From an uncultured bacterium (GTDB lineage Bacteria; Babelota; Babeliae; Babelales; Babelaceae), in the NCBI GenBank assembly GCA_963819815.1, contig CAWFXL010000001.1, forward strand, positions 128,001 to 192,000: 64,000 nucleotides of DNA, in the 5' to 3' direction. Position 1 is the stretch's first letter; the number at the start of each line of letters is the position of its first letter. This document shows, one piece after another, positions 1-7,643 of the stretch. The notes beneath the pieces are model-generated. The model saw nothing but the letters and a program-made list of their open reading frames with translations. It ran no database searches and was not told the origin of the DNA. Both the position numbers and the translations under genes were made by a program.

Positions 1-828
1 GGAGTGGGTAATAGGTTTAAGAAAGATATTTGGATCAAATGAAGGTCGTGAGAGAACTACTTCAAGGGCCCCGTCCTCGTCCATAAAGATGATGCTCCCT
101 TCAAGACCCTGAGGAAATACCTCTTCAGCAAACTGCTGAAACGATAGGTTTAAGGTCGTTTGAAGTGTTTTCCCGGCAAGGGCGTGCGAGATGGTATGGG
201 CATGTAAGGGGTTGCCTATGGCATTGGTAACCTTAAGTATTTGTCCTGCTTGGCCCTGGAGATCTTCTTCATACAACCTCTCAAGGCCCATTTTTCCTTG
301 GAGTGATTCTTTAACGCTTAGGTATCCTATAATATGGCAGGCAGTGGTGCTGTAGGGATAGCATCGCTCATAGCTCTGCTTTATAGTAAGATTCCTGGAG
401 GTAGGTACAGTTTCAAGAACTGCGCTGAGCTGCTCATAGGAAATATCAGGTACGAGCTTAAGTTTCGAAGAACGTCTCTCAGCTATCTCTATATCATGCA
501 TGACTTCTTGGTCGAGATTGCATAGAAGGAGAGCTTGTTGCGCACTCTGCCGTTGTCCTGCTGAAAGCATTACTTTACCGCTACCTTCCCACAGTAAGGA
601 ATAGACCGGTCTGTTTGTGACAAGCAGCGTACCCTGTTGGTCGGTAATGTTTCCTCGAGGTGAGGCAACCTTTTCCGTTCTGAGATAGTTACGCTTACTC
701 AGGCTCTTAAACTGATGCATCTGACTAATTTGTAGATGGAATAAATAAAGTACGATCGTTGAAAGCGCGAAGAATATCAGGAAAAGTATATGCCTCATGC
801 GTGCTGAAAGAATGTGGGGAATATACAT
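1..828 (-). CDS. mrdA: Penicillin-binding protein 2 (class B PBP), N-terminal part; runs off the window start
   Basis: Not in the ORF track. Manual translation from ATG at 828 (GGAG RBS upstream) gives MYIPHILSARMRHILFLIFFALSTIVLYLFHLQI...VASPRGNITDQQGTLLVTNRP...GLERLYEEDLQG...GKTLQTTLN...SRPSFDPN, which matches the PBP2 TM anchor and dimerisation domain. Confidence 0.85.
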   Translation of the reverse strand, partial: MYIPHILSARMRHILFLIFFALSTIVLYLFHLQISQMHQFKSLSKRNYLRTEKVASPRGNITDQQGTLLVTNRPVYSLLWEGSGKVMLSAGQRQSAQQALLLCNLDQEVMHDIEIAERRSSKLKLVPDISYEQLSAVLETVPTSRNLTIKQSYERCYPYSTTACHIIGYLSVKESLQGKMGLERLYEEDLQGQAGQILKVTNAIGNPLHAHTISHALAGKTLQTTLNLSFQQFAEEVFPQGLEGSIIFMDEDGALEVVLSRPSFDPNIFLKPITHS

Positions 829-837
829 AATACTCCC

Positions 838-3552
838 TTATTTAAGGTTGTATTCTTGACAGCGTCTGTTAACCGATGAGCGGTTAACCCCTAAGAGGGT
901 AGCAATTTTGCTTTGACTTTTGAACTTATGCCAGAGGATAGACATAACATGAGGATCCTTGAGAGCCTTTTTGCCTAGCCGCACTGCATGAGCAATATCT
1001 GGATCTGAAACGTTATAAGCGGGATCAAATTTAGTAACTTCAGAAATATTATGCTTACTCGATTTTTGGACAAGGAGTTGATGTACTCGATCTTTAAAGG
1101 CACGTAAGCTTAATGGCCGTTCATCATAGAGTTTTGAGGTATCTTTATCAGTTAATGAGAGCAAGTTTTTATAGGTATCTTCAGTAACAATTTGATCGGC
1201 AAATCCTTGAGCTAAAGCAGTGACCTCAGGTTCTGAAAGCTCATGCATTGGAGGCATAACCAATGAGGTTTGTTCAAGCTCATCATAGAGCTCCTGACAG
1301 AAGGCGCCTTCATGGACAAGCTGCAGAAGATTTTTGTTGGTTGAACAGATAATGCGAACGTTACTAAATACTTTATGGTCGCTCTTAAATTTATGAAAAT
1401 AACCAAGTGAAATGAACTCTGCTAAATAATTTTGAGTCTCTGTTCCTAAATATTCAACATTCTGGATAAAGAGGGTTCCGATATTATCTAGTTTTTCAAG
1501 CAGGGGCTGAATGCCATCTTTTTTTATGAGCGGATTATGGCCAAAGAGTTTTACAGCAACATCGTCCTGTTTCTCAGGAGAAGTAAGTTTTATGGTATGG
1601 AGTGATTGTCGGAGGCTTATGTTATGGAGTACTTCAACGGTTGGTATAAGATCTTCCTCAGGCAGATCAAGGAGCGTAGCTTTTTTACCTAATGCCGTTG
1701 AAAGCAGGTTAATTTTAAAGGAAAGGAGCTTTTCGCTATTTCCTGGTATAAGTCTGTTTATTAATTGGCCTGATTGTGTCGTTTCTAAATAGAGAACGTA
1801 GTCCCACATGGAAGGATCTTTGAGCTCGTCAAAGTGAGTTTTGATGATATCTGAAACTTCGGGATAATGAATCAAGACAATCGTTGCCCGCTCTTCAAGG
1901 CTTGGGATACCATTTATAATAATTTTTTGTCCTTTTGCGTCATGTGCAAAGGTAGTTTGCGAGGTCTTAAATTCTTGCACACGACGAGCAAGTGTTCGGA
2001 TTGCCTGAGTAAGAGGGTGGCCTTCATTCGCATTTAAATCTATCCCGACAAGCTCTTGAGCGGCCTCATTTGCTAGGGTGAACTTACGATACTTATAAAA
2101 GAGGATACCGACTTTACGCTCTTTATTTGAGCGTAAGAAGGAGCGTATACTTTCCTTATATTGATTAATTTCCTGGTGCTTGTAATACAGCTCTTCGCTA
2201 ATCACTTTATGTCTCTGATGAAGTGCTTCTAAATTACTATATTTGAGAATGTTAATAATATTGCTCACATAGGTGGTAAACACGAGCATTTCATCTCGAT
2301 CTTTATTAGTGTACAGTTTGCCCGGTCGTGCATCACGCTCTACAATGATATAGGCGGAGATACCAGATCTCTCAAAGATTGGGAGGAACACGTCGGCATT
2401 AATTTCGTTGAGGAATTGAAGAATTTCCTGATTTTGAGCATCATCTTCATAAAAGGCGGAAAAATGAATGTCGTCTCGTATAAATATTTTTAGTTTATGT
2501 AATGCCTGGGTAACCACTTCTTGCTTGTCGATATACTGCTCGACCTTTGCTGTTGTCTGCGCAATATCATAGTAGTTGTGATCATCCTGCTCTGAATCTG
2601 CTTTACGAATATAAAGTCTTACACGACCTAGAGGGATGCTAAAAGCAGTCTGAAAAAAACTCTGAGTGAGCTGGGCAAGCTCCTTGAGTGCACTTGCATA
2701 GCTTAGCTGCTCCAAAATATCTTTAAATTGTGTGATGAAGTTAAATTTCTGTTTTGATTCGACGGTCTTTCTGATATTAAGGAACCTCAGGCCTAACATT
2801 TTTTGAATAATGAGATAAATGGCGGCACTACTTAAGAGACTCGTAAGCGAGAGAAGATTAATTCTATGATACCAGGCTGTCGGAATGATCCAGGCGAGTG
2901 TTTGACCGGAGTTATTAAGAAGGTCAAAGCCTATAAAGGGAATAAGGAAACTGGTAAATACACGAATATGTTGCCGTAAAATAGTAGGAAGTTCTCGGTT
3001 ACTATCACGCAGTACCCTATAAAATAGGGGAATGAGAAGGAAAAAGAGCAAGTAAAAATGAATCGCTTGGATAAGGTCCATCTCAAAATTGACTGTTCTT
3101 GGATTGAGCGGAGGAATTCCATAATTAATGAACGCGTGATAGAGATACGTGCAACTGATGGCAATATTAACTAGTATATGAAGGGTAGTCGTGAGGGGAT
3201 GCCAGGTGATTCGTTTGTGGAGCAAAAATTCAAAGAAAAGTGCAATCGTTTGAATTTGCGTTATGTAAATTGACCAACATATACGACAATAAAGAGTGAA
3301 GACAGGAATATCCCCCACAATGTGATTAATACCTCTAATCCAATATTGCAAGATAAAGGTAAGATCATTTGCAAGTAATCCACCAAGGAAAAACAAAAGA
3401 CAGACCAAGAGCATTCGGCGGCTTTTTGCTGAGAAATAGTAGAATATACAGCCAAAGAAGATGATCGCTTTAAAAAGCCATGCACCAATCATAATGCCAA
3501 GCGTGACATACTGATTACTCAATAGTGTATAGATGGAACTCAGATATTGCAT
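838..3552 (-). CDS. Membrane-anchored one-component transcriptional regulator: ~7-8 TM sensor, GAF-like, PAS-like, degenerate sigma54-type AAA+ domain, Fis-type HTH (paralog 1)
   Basis: Hydrophobic N-terminal ~255 aa; PAS-like ANEAAQELVG; AAA+ remnants LFGH, GTLFIQNVE and NVRIICSTNKNL; C-terminal HTH QSKIATLLGVNRSSVNRR. Confidence 0.85.
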   Translation of the reverse strand: MQYLSSIYTLLSNQYVTLGIMIGAWLFKAIIFFGCIFYYFSAKSRRMLLVCLLFFLGGLLANDLTFILQYWIRGINHIVGDIPVFTLYCRICWSIYITQIQTIALFFEFLLHKRITWHPLTTTLHILVNIAISCTYLYHAFINYGIPPLNPRTVNFEMDLIQAIHFYLLFFLLIPLFYRVLRDSNRELPTILRQHIRVFTSFLIPFIGFDLLNNSGQTLAWIIPTAWYHRINLLSLTSLLSSAAIYLIIQKMLGLRFLNIRKTVESKQKFNFITQFKDILEQLSYASALKELAQLTQSFFQTAFSIPLGRVRLYIRKADSEQDDHNYYDIAQTTAKVEQYIDKQEVVTQALHKLKIFIRDDIHFSAFYEDDAQNQEILQFLNEINADVFLPIFERSGISAYIIVERDARPGKLYTNKDRDEMLVFTTYVSNIINILKYSNLEALHQRHKVISEELYYKHQEINQYKESIRSFLRSNKERKVGILFYKYRKFTLANEAAQELVGIDLNANEGHPLTQAIRTLARRVQEFKTSQTTFAHDAKGQKIIINGIPSLEERATIVLIHYPEVSDIIKTHFDELKDPSMWDYVLYLETTQSGQLINRLIPGNSEKLLSFKINLLSTALGKKATLLDLPEEDLIPTVEVLHNISLRQSLHTIKLTSPEKQDDVAVKLFGHNPLIKKDGIQPLLEKLDNIGTLFIQNVEYLGTETQNYLAEFISLGYFHKFKSDHKVFSNVRIICSTNKNLLQLVHEGAFCQELYDELEQTSLVMPPMHELSEPEVTALAQGFADQIVTEDTYKNLLSLTDKDTSKLYDERPLSLRAFKDRVHQLLVQKSSKHNISEVTKFDPAYNVSDPDIAHAVRLGKKALKDPHVMSILWHKFKSQSKIATLLGVNRSSVNRRCQEYNLK

Positions 3553-3568
3553 AGTTCTAAACTTTTTG

Positions 3569-3596
3569 TTGACTTTTGAAAAAACTGTTATAGAAT
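3569..3596 (+). promoter_or_regulatory. Sigma70-like promoter of peptide cassette 1
   Basis: TTGACT-16 nt-TAGAAT, conserved in all three cassettes. Confidence 0.7.
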
Positions 3597-3730
3597 CACT
3601 TTACAGAAAATCTAATCAAAAAGAGTTTAACTCCGTAGCAGCTAATGTCAAATTGTGCGCAATGGTTGCTACTTGAAGCTAAGGAATTGTAGCTGGTGGT
3701 TTTTTAATATATTTTCAAAAAGGAGTAACG

Positions 3731-3853
3731 ATGGCTAAACTAATTGTTAGCGCATTGTTCGCTATACTAATGACTGGTGCAGTAGCTGAAGTTTCTGCAC
3801 AGACTCGGTCCGAGGTTGCTAAAACTTATGCAATCTGCCCGTTTCCGTTCTAA
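3731..3853 (+). CDS. Small secreted peptide precursor 1 (40 aa) MAKLIVSALFAILMTGAVAEVSAQTRSEVAKTYAICPFPF
   Basis: Manual translation; AGGAG RBS 5 nt upstream; signal-peptide-like N-terminus; own promoter and terminator; two paralogs adjacent. Confidence 0.9.
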   Translation: MAKLIVSALFAILMTGAVAEVSAQTRSEVAKTYAICPFPF

Positions 3854-3858
3854 AGTAT

Positions 3859-3910
3859 TAACTATAAAGAAAGCACCCCTCGAATTCGAGGGGTGCTTTC
3901 TTTATAGTTA
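3859..3910. terminator. Perfect 52-bp palindrome / intrinsic terminator of cassette 1
   Basis: TAACTATAAAGAAAGCACCCCTCGAA|TTCGAGGGGTGCTTTCTTTATAGTTA. Confidence 0.85.
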
Positions 3911-4000
3911 GGTCTTGCAGCTACTATTGAGGGGAATGTACCCCAAATCTACGTTTTAAAAGTTTATTGTTCTCCCTAAGAATTTCTTATTTATTTTTGG

Positions 4001-4028
4001 TTGACTTTTGAAGAAACCGTTATACAAT
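4001..4028 (+). promoter_or_regulatory. Sigma70-like promoter of peptide cassette 2
   Basis: TTGACT-16 nt-TACAAT. Confidence 0.7.
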
Positions 4029-4161
4029 AATTTAGAAGAACTGCACGTAACATAAAAATAATATAACTTCGAGCAGCAGCGTATAGTAATTACTTGGCGG
4101 CTGTTTAGGTTCTGAGAATTGTAGTGGGTTGGTTTTTATTATTATTCAAATAGGAGTGATG

Positions 4162-4284
4162 ATGACAAAGCTTATTTTTAGTGCTTTGCTTGCTATGGTA
4201 ATGATTGGTTCAGTAGCAGAACTTTCTGCACAGACTCGGTCAGAAGCTGCCAAAACTTATGCAGTCTGCCCATTTCCGTTCTAA
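4162..4284 (+). CDS. Small secreted peptide precursor 2 (40 aa) MTKLIFSALLAMVMIGSVAELSAQTRSEAAKTYAVCPFPF
   Basis: Manual translation; AGGAG RBS; synonymous differences from peptide 1 (TCC/TCA, GAG/GAA, GCT/GCC, CCG/CCA) support a real coding frame. Confidence 0.9.
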   Translation: MTKLIFSALLAMVMIGSVAELSAQTRSEAAKTYAVCPFPF

Positions 4285-4299
4285 CTTATTCTAACTTTA

Positions 4300-4340
4300 A
4301 AATTAAGAACCCCCTCGAATCTCGAGGGGGTTCTTAATTT
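4300..4340. terminator. Intrinsic terminator of cassette 2
   Basis: AAATTAAGAACCCCCTCGA-atc-TCGAGGGGGTTCTTAATTT, 19-bp arms. Confidence 0.85.
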
Positions 4341-4430
4341 ATGGCTAAGGTATCCGAGGCTATCACTGAGGGGAAAGTGCCCCAATCTATATTTTTATAT
4401 TAGACCCAAGACGTTCCTGTTCACTTTTGG

Positions 4431-4458
4431 TTGACTTTCGAGAGAACTGTTATAGAAT
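4431..4458 (+). promoter_or_regulatory. Sigma70-like promoter of peptide cassette 3
   Basis: TTGACT-16 nt-TAGAAT. Confidence 0.7.
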
Positions 4459-4571
4459 CCTCTATAAGAACTGTACAAAAAAATAATATACCTGCGGGTA
4501 GCAGCTTATAGTAGGCGGCTATATGAGTTTTGAATTGTAGTGGTTGTTTTATATATCCAATAGGAGTGACG

Positions 4572-4697
4572 ATGACAAAGCTGATTCTTAGCGTATTTCT
4601 CGCTATATTAATGACAGGAGCAGTAGTTGAAGTATCTGCGCAAGCAAAGCGTTCAACGGTTTCTACAACTTGCCCCGAAGCGCGGTTTCCGTTCTAA
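4572..4697 (+). CDS. Small secreted peptide precursor 3 (41 aa) MTKLILSVFLAILMTGAVVEVSAQAKRSTVSTTCPEARFPF
   Basis: Manual translation; AGGAG RBS; same leader peptide and FPF terminus as peptides 1 and 2, with a divergent mature region. Confidence 0.9.
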   Translation: MTKLILSVFLAILMTGAVVEVSAQAKRSTVSTTCPEARFPF

Positions 4698-4707
4698 GCT
4701 AAAGTTA

Positions 4708-4746
4708 CAAGAAAGAGCCCCTCGAATTTCGAGGGGCTCTTTCTTG
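4708..4746. terminator. Bidirectional terminator between peptide 3 and convergent regulator paralog 2
   Basis: CAAGAAAGAGCCCCTCGAA-t-TTCGAGGGGCTCTTTCTTG. Confidence 0.85.
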
Positions 4747-4759
4747 GTGCTAACAGTTT

Positions 4760-7552
4760 TCAAGTTGGTGGCTGGTTGCTTCCCAAATTAAGCTCTCTGC
4801 ATCTACGGTTCACCGAAGATCTATTCACCCCAAGAAGATGAGCAATTTTGCTTTGATTTTTGAAGGTGTACCAAAGCTGAGCCATTATGTGTGGATCGCG
4901 GAGTGCTTTTTTACCCAGTCTTACAGCTTGAGCAATGACCGGATCGGTACTACTATTAACCGGATCGATTTTTTCAATGTCTGTGATGTTGTGTGATCGG
5001 GACTTTTCAAGAAGCAGCTCTTGAATTCGCTCTTTAAGTTCTTGCAAGCTGAGAGGACATTCCTTGATAAGCTGTGAGGTTTCCTTTGGTGTGATACTCA
5101 AGAGGTCTTTAAACGTATCAGTAGTGATTAGTTGATCAGCATATCCTTGTGCAAGCAAGGTTATATCTTCATGAGCAAGGTCAGTTAATGAAGGGAGACT
5201 AATGGTAGTTGCTTGTAGCTGCTCAAAGAGCTCTTGAGAAAAGACTCCTTCACTTACTAATACTGAAAGATCTTTTGACGTTGAACAGATGATGCGGGCA
5301 GAGCTCATTATTTTTTGGTCGCTTTTCACTTTATAAAAGTATCCCATGCGGATGTACTGGGCCAAGCCCTCTTGTGAGGTGAGACTTAACAGTTCTAGAT
5401 TTTGAATAAAGAGGGTGCCTGATTCATCGAGCTTGCTAAGCAGACTTTCAGATTGACTACCGCCCAGGAGGTCATTGATCCCAAAGAGCTGTGTGGCGAT
5501 TTCATCATGCTGCTCGCGTCGGGTAAGCTTGAGGGTGTACAAGTTTCTCCTTAGGCTTATCGAATGGAGTGATGTTACCGCTGCAAGCAGATCTTCCTCA
5601 GGCAACGAAAGAAGGACAGCTTTTCTGGTTAATGCAGCAGAAAGGAGTCCGATTTTAAAGGACAAAAGTGCCTCAGAGGTGCCAGGAATAAGTTCATTAA
5701 TAAGCCGCCCCGATTGGGTCGTTTCTAAATAGAGAACATAGTCCCAACAGGAGGGATCTTTCAGATACCCAGCATGGGGTTTTAACAGATCTGAAATTTC
5801 TGGATAGTAGAGTAGGAGTATACTTGAGGTCGTATCTGCATTTGGAATACCTGAGATCACCAGCTTAGTGCCACGTGTATCCTTACCATAGGCTATCTGT
5901 GCGGTTTTATATTGTTCAACCCTTTGTGCTACGGTCGTGCATATCTTGGTGAGTGGATGTCCCGAGAGCTTATTTAGATCAAAGCCCACGAGGTCATGAG
6001 CGGCCTCATTGGCATATGAAAACGTGCGATTTTTATAGGAGATGATACCGATTTTTCGCTCATGAGAGGTGCGCATGAATGAGCGTATGAGCTCCTTGTA
6101 CTGATTAATTTCTTGATGCTTATGATAAAGTTCTTCAGTAAGCTGTTTCTTTTGTACATGTAAAGCCTCCATACTAGTCTGTTGAAGTGCGGAAATGACA
6201 TTACTTATATACGAGGTAAATACGAGCATTTCATCCCGTTCTTTATTTGTGTAGAGCTTATCAGGTCGTGCATCGCGTTCTACCATAATATAGGCAACAA
6301 TCTTTGATTGTTCGTAAATCGGTACAAAGAGATCAGCATGGAGCATATCAAGGAAAGCAAGAATTTTTCTGTTGAGATCTGAAGCCTCATAGAAAAAAGA
6401 AAATTCTACGGCTTCCCGAATAAATATTTTATCGCGGGCTAAAGCAGCACGTAACGGTTCGTCATCCTTCAGAAATTGTTCAATTTTTAGCGCTGCTCCT
6501 ATGGCTTCTGGCGAAGTGACTGGGGCATCTTTAATGAAGAGTCGGGTAAAACTGAGTCGTATACCGAAGGCTGTGTGGAAAAAGGTTTGGGTGATATGAC
6601 ACAGTTCATTGACTGCTGAGGCATACCTCACCTGCTCCAAGATGTCTTTAAAATTAGTAAGAAAGTTAAAAGGTACCTTTGAGGTGACATCTGAATGTAA
6701 ATTAAGCAATCTCAAGCCGAGCATTTTTTTACTCAAAGTTATCAGGAGAAAGGCGCTGCAGAGGGCACCAATAGTGGCCCAGGAGTATTGACCTAAGGGG
6801 AAAGGAATATGTGCCGCACTAAAAATGGTGTACCATCCATCACCAAACAGAAGCAAGGAAAAAGGAAAGAGGTATAGGAGGCATGACTGTACCTGGACAG
6901 CCAAAATTTTAGGAAGTGTTCTGGTGCGCAGTTTTCGTATAAGGAATATAAAAAGGCCCAAATACAAGATAAATACATAACAATAGCTCGCAGAAATTAC
7001 GTTATGCTCAAGGAGATATTCGCTGCTCGATGTAACTACCGGAATTCCATAATAGGCTCCAGCTTCATATAAGAAAAAACTGGTGAACAGGAGATTGCAT
7101 AGAAGGTTTAAACTATGAAGGAAGGTGCACTTAATTCTTTGGGTTAAGAGGTATTCAAAAAAGAGGGCTAATGCCTGATGTGCACTGATAAAAAGACTCA
7201 GAGAAATTCGGCAATAGAGAGTAAAAAGGGGGATATCGCCCTGTATTTCAAGAATCCTTCGTAAAACGATCGATCCAATATAGGTAGCATCATCAAGGAG
7301 CGTTCCGAAAAGAAATATGAGTAATAGAAAAAGAGGTGCCCTGAGCTGTGGTTTATTATACCAAAACTTCACAATAAACCGGCCAATAACGAGCTTGGCA
7401 AGGCTCACAAGGATGAGCGCGCCACACGTTATATACGGATTAACAAGAAAAGAGGTGAGTGCTTCCAATAAGTGGTTCATCCCTAATATCTCTAGTTCCC
7501 TCTCATGAGGGTGTATATACATGAGTACTGCTTGTACTATTAATTTAAACAA
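4760..7552 (-). CDS. Membrane-anchored one-component regulator, paralog 2 (likely start ATG 7480, MNHLLE)
   Basis: Collinear with 838..3552 (VERDARP.KLYTNK.RDEMLVFT, WDYVLYLETTQSG, LLGVNRSSVNRRC); TM region much more divergent. Confidence 0.85.
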   Translation of the reverse strand: MFKLIVQAVLMYIHPHERELEILGMNHLLEALTSFLVNPYITCGALILVSLAKLVIGRFIVKFWYNKPQLRAPLFLLLIFLFGTLLDDATYIGSIVLRRILEIQGDIPLFTLYCRISLSLFISAHQALALFFEYLLTQRIKCTFLHSLNLLCNLLFTSFFLYEAGAYYGIPVVTSSSEYLLEHNVISASYCYVFILYLGLFIFLIRKLRTRTLPKILAVQVQSCLLYLFPFSLLLFGDGWYTIFSAAHIPFPLGQYSWATIGALCSAFLLITLSKKMLGLRLLNLHSDVTSKVPFNFLTNFKDILEQVRYASAVNELCHITQTFFHTAFGIRLSFTRLFIKDAPVTSPEAIGAALKIEQFLKDDEPLRAALARDKIFIREAVEFSFFYEASDLNRKILAFLDMLHADLFVPIYEQSKIVAYIMVERDARPDKLYTNKERDEMLVFTSYISNVISALQQTSMEALHVQKKQLTEELYHKHQEINQYKELIRSFMRTSHERKIGIISYKNRTFSYANEAAHDLVGFDLNKLSGHPLTKICTTVAQRVEQYKTAQIAYGKDTRGTKLVISGIPNADTTSSILLLYYPEISDLLKPHAGYLKDPSCWDYVLYLETTQSGRLINELIPGTSEALLSFKIGLLSAALTRKAVLLSLPEEDLLAAVTSLHSISLRRNLYTLKLTRREQHDEIATQLFGINDLLGGSQSESLLSKLDESGTLFIQNLELLSLTSQEGLAQYIRMGYFYKVKSDQKIMSSARIICSTSKDLSVLVSEGVFSQELFEQLQATTISLPSLTDLAHEDITLLAQGYADQLITTDTFKDLLSITPKETSQLIKECPLSLQELKERIQELLLEKSRSHNITDIEKIDPVNSSTDPVIAQAVRLGKKALRDPHIMAQLWYTFKNQSKIAHLLGVNRSSVNRRCRELNLGSNQPPT

Positions 7553-7643
7553 ACTAATCTATTGGTCAAATGGTTGGCGGGTCTCCTTTGTTGTCTAATG
7601 GGCAGTAAAAAGGTAAAGTAGCCCATAGGTAGCAAGGAGTGTC

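Larger units (their letters stand above)
3569..4746 (+). repeat. Three tandem diverged ~410-430 bp cassettes (promoter, leader, peptide ORF, terminator)
   Basis: TTGACT at 3569/4001/4431; GAATTGTAG at 3684/4116/4532; AGGAG-N5-ATG at 3731/4162/4572; TTTCCGTTCTAA ORF ends; CCCCTCGA...TCGAGGGG hairpins. Confidence 0.95.

Noticed and set aside
3650..3672. Sigma54 -24/-12 promoter (TGCGCAATGGTTGCT)
   Set aside because: It lacks the invariant GG at -24 and is not conserved in the other cassettes; it is part of the leader hairpin.
3731..4697. Peptides as type I toxin-antitoxin toxins or classical RiPP precursors
   Set aside because: They have cleavable signal-peptide features and a conserved polar mature region, no modifying enzymes nearby and no evident antisense unit. 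Disfavoured, not strictly excluded.
3569..4746. Repeats as a CRISPR array or mobile element
   Set aside because: The period is ~430 bp, the units contain coding ORFs, and there are no cas or transposase genes.
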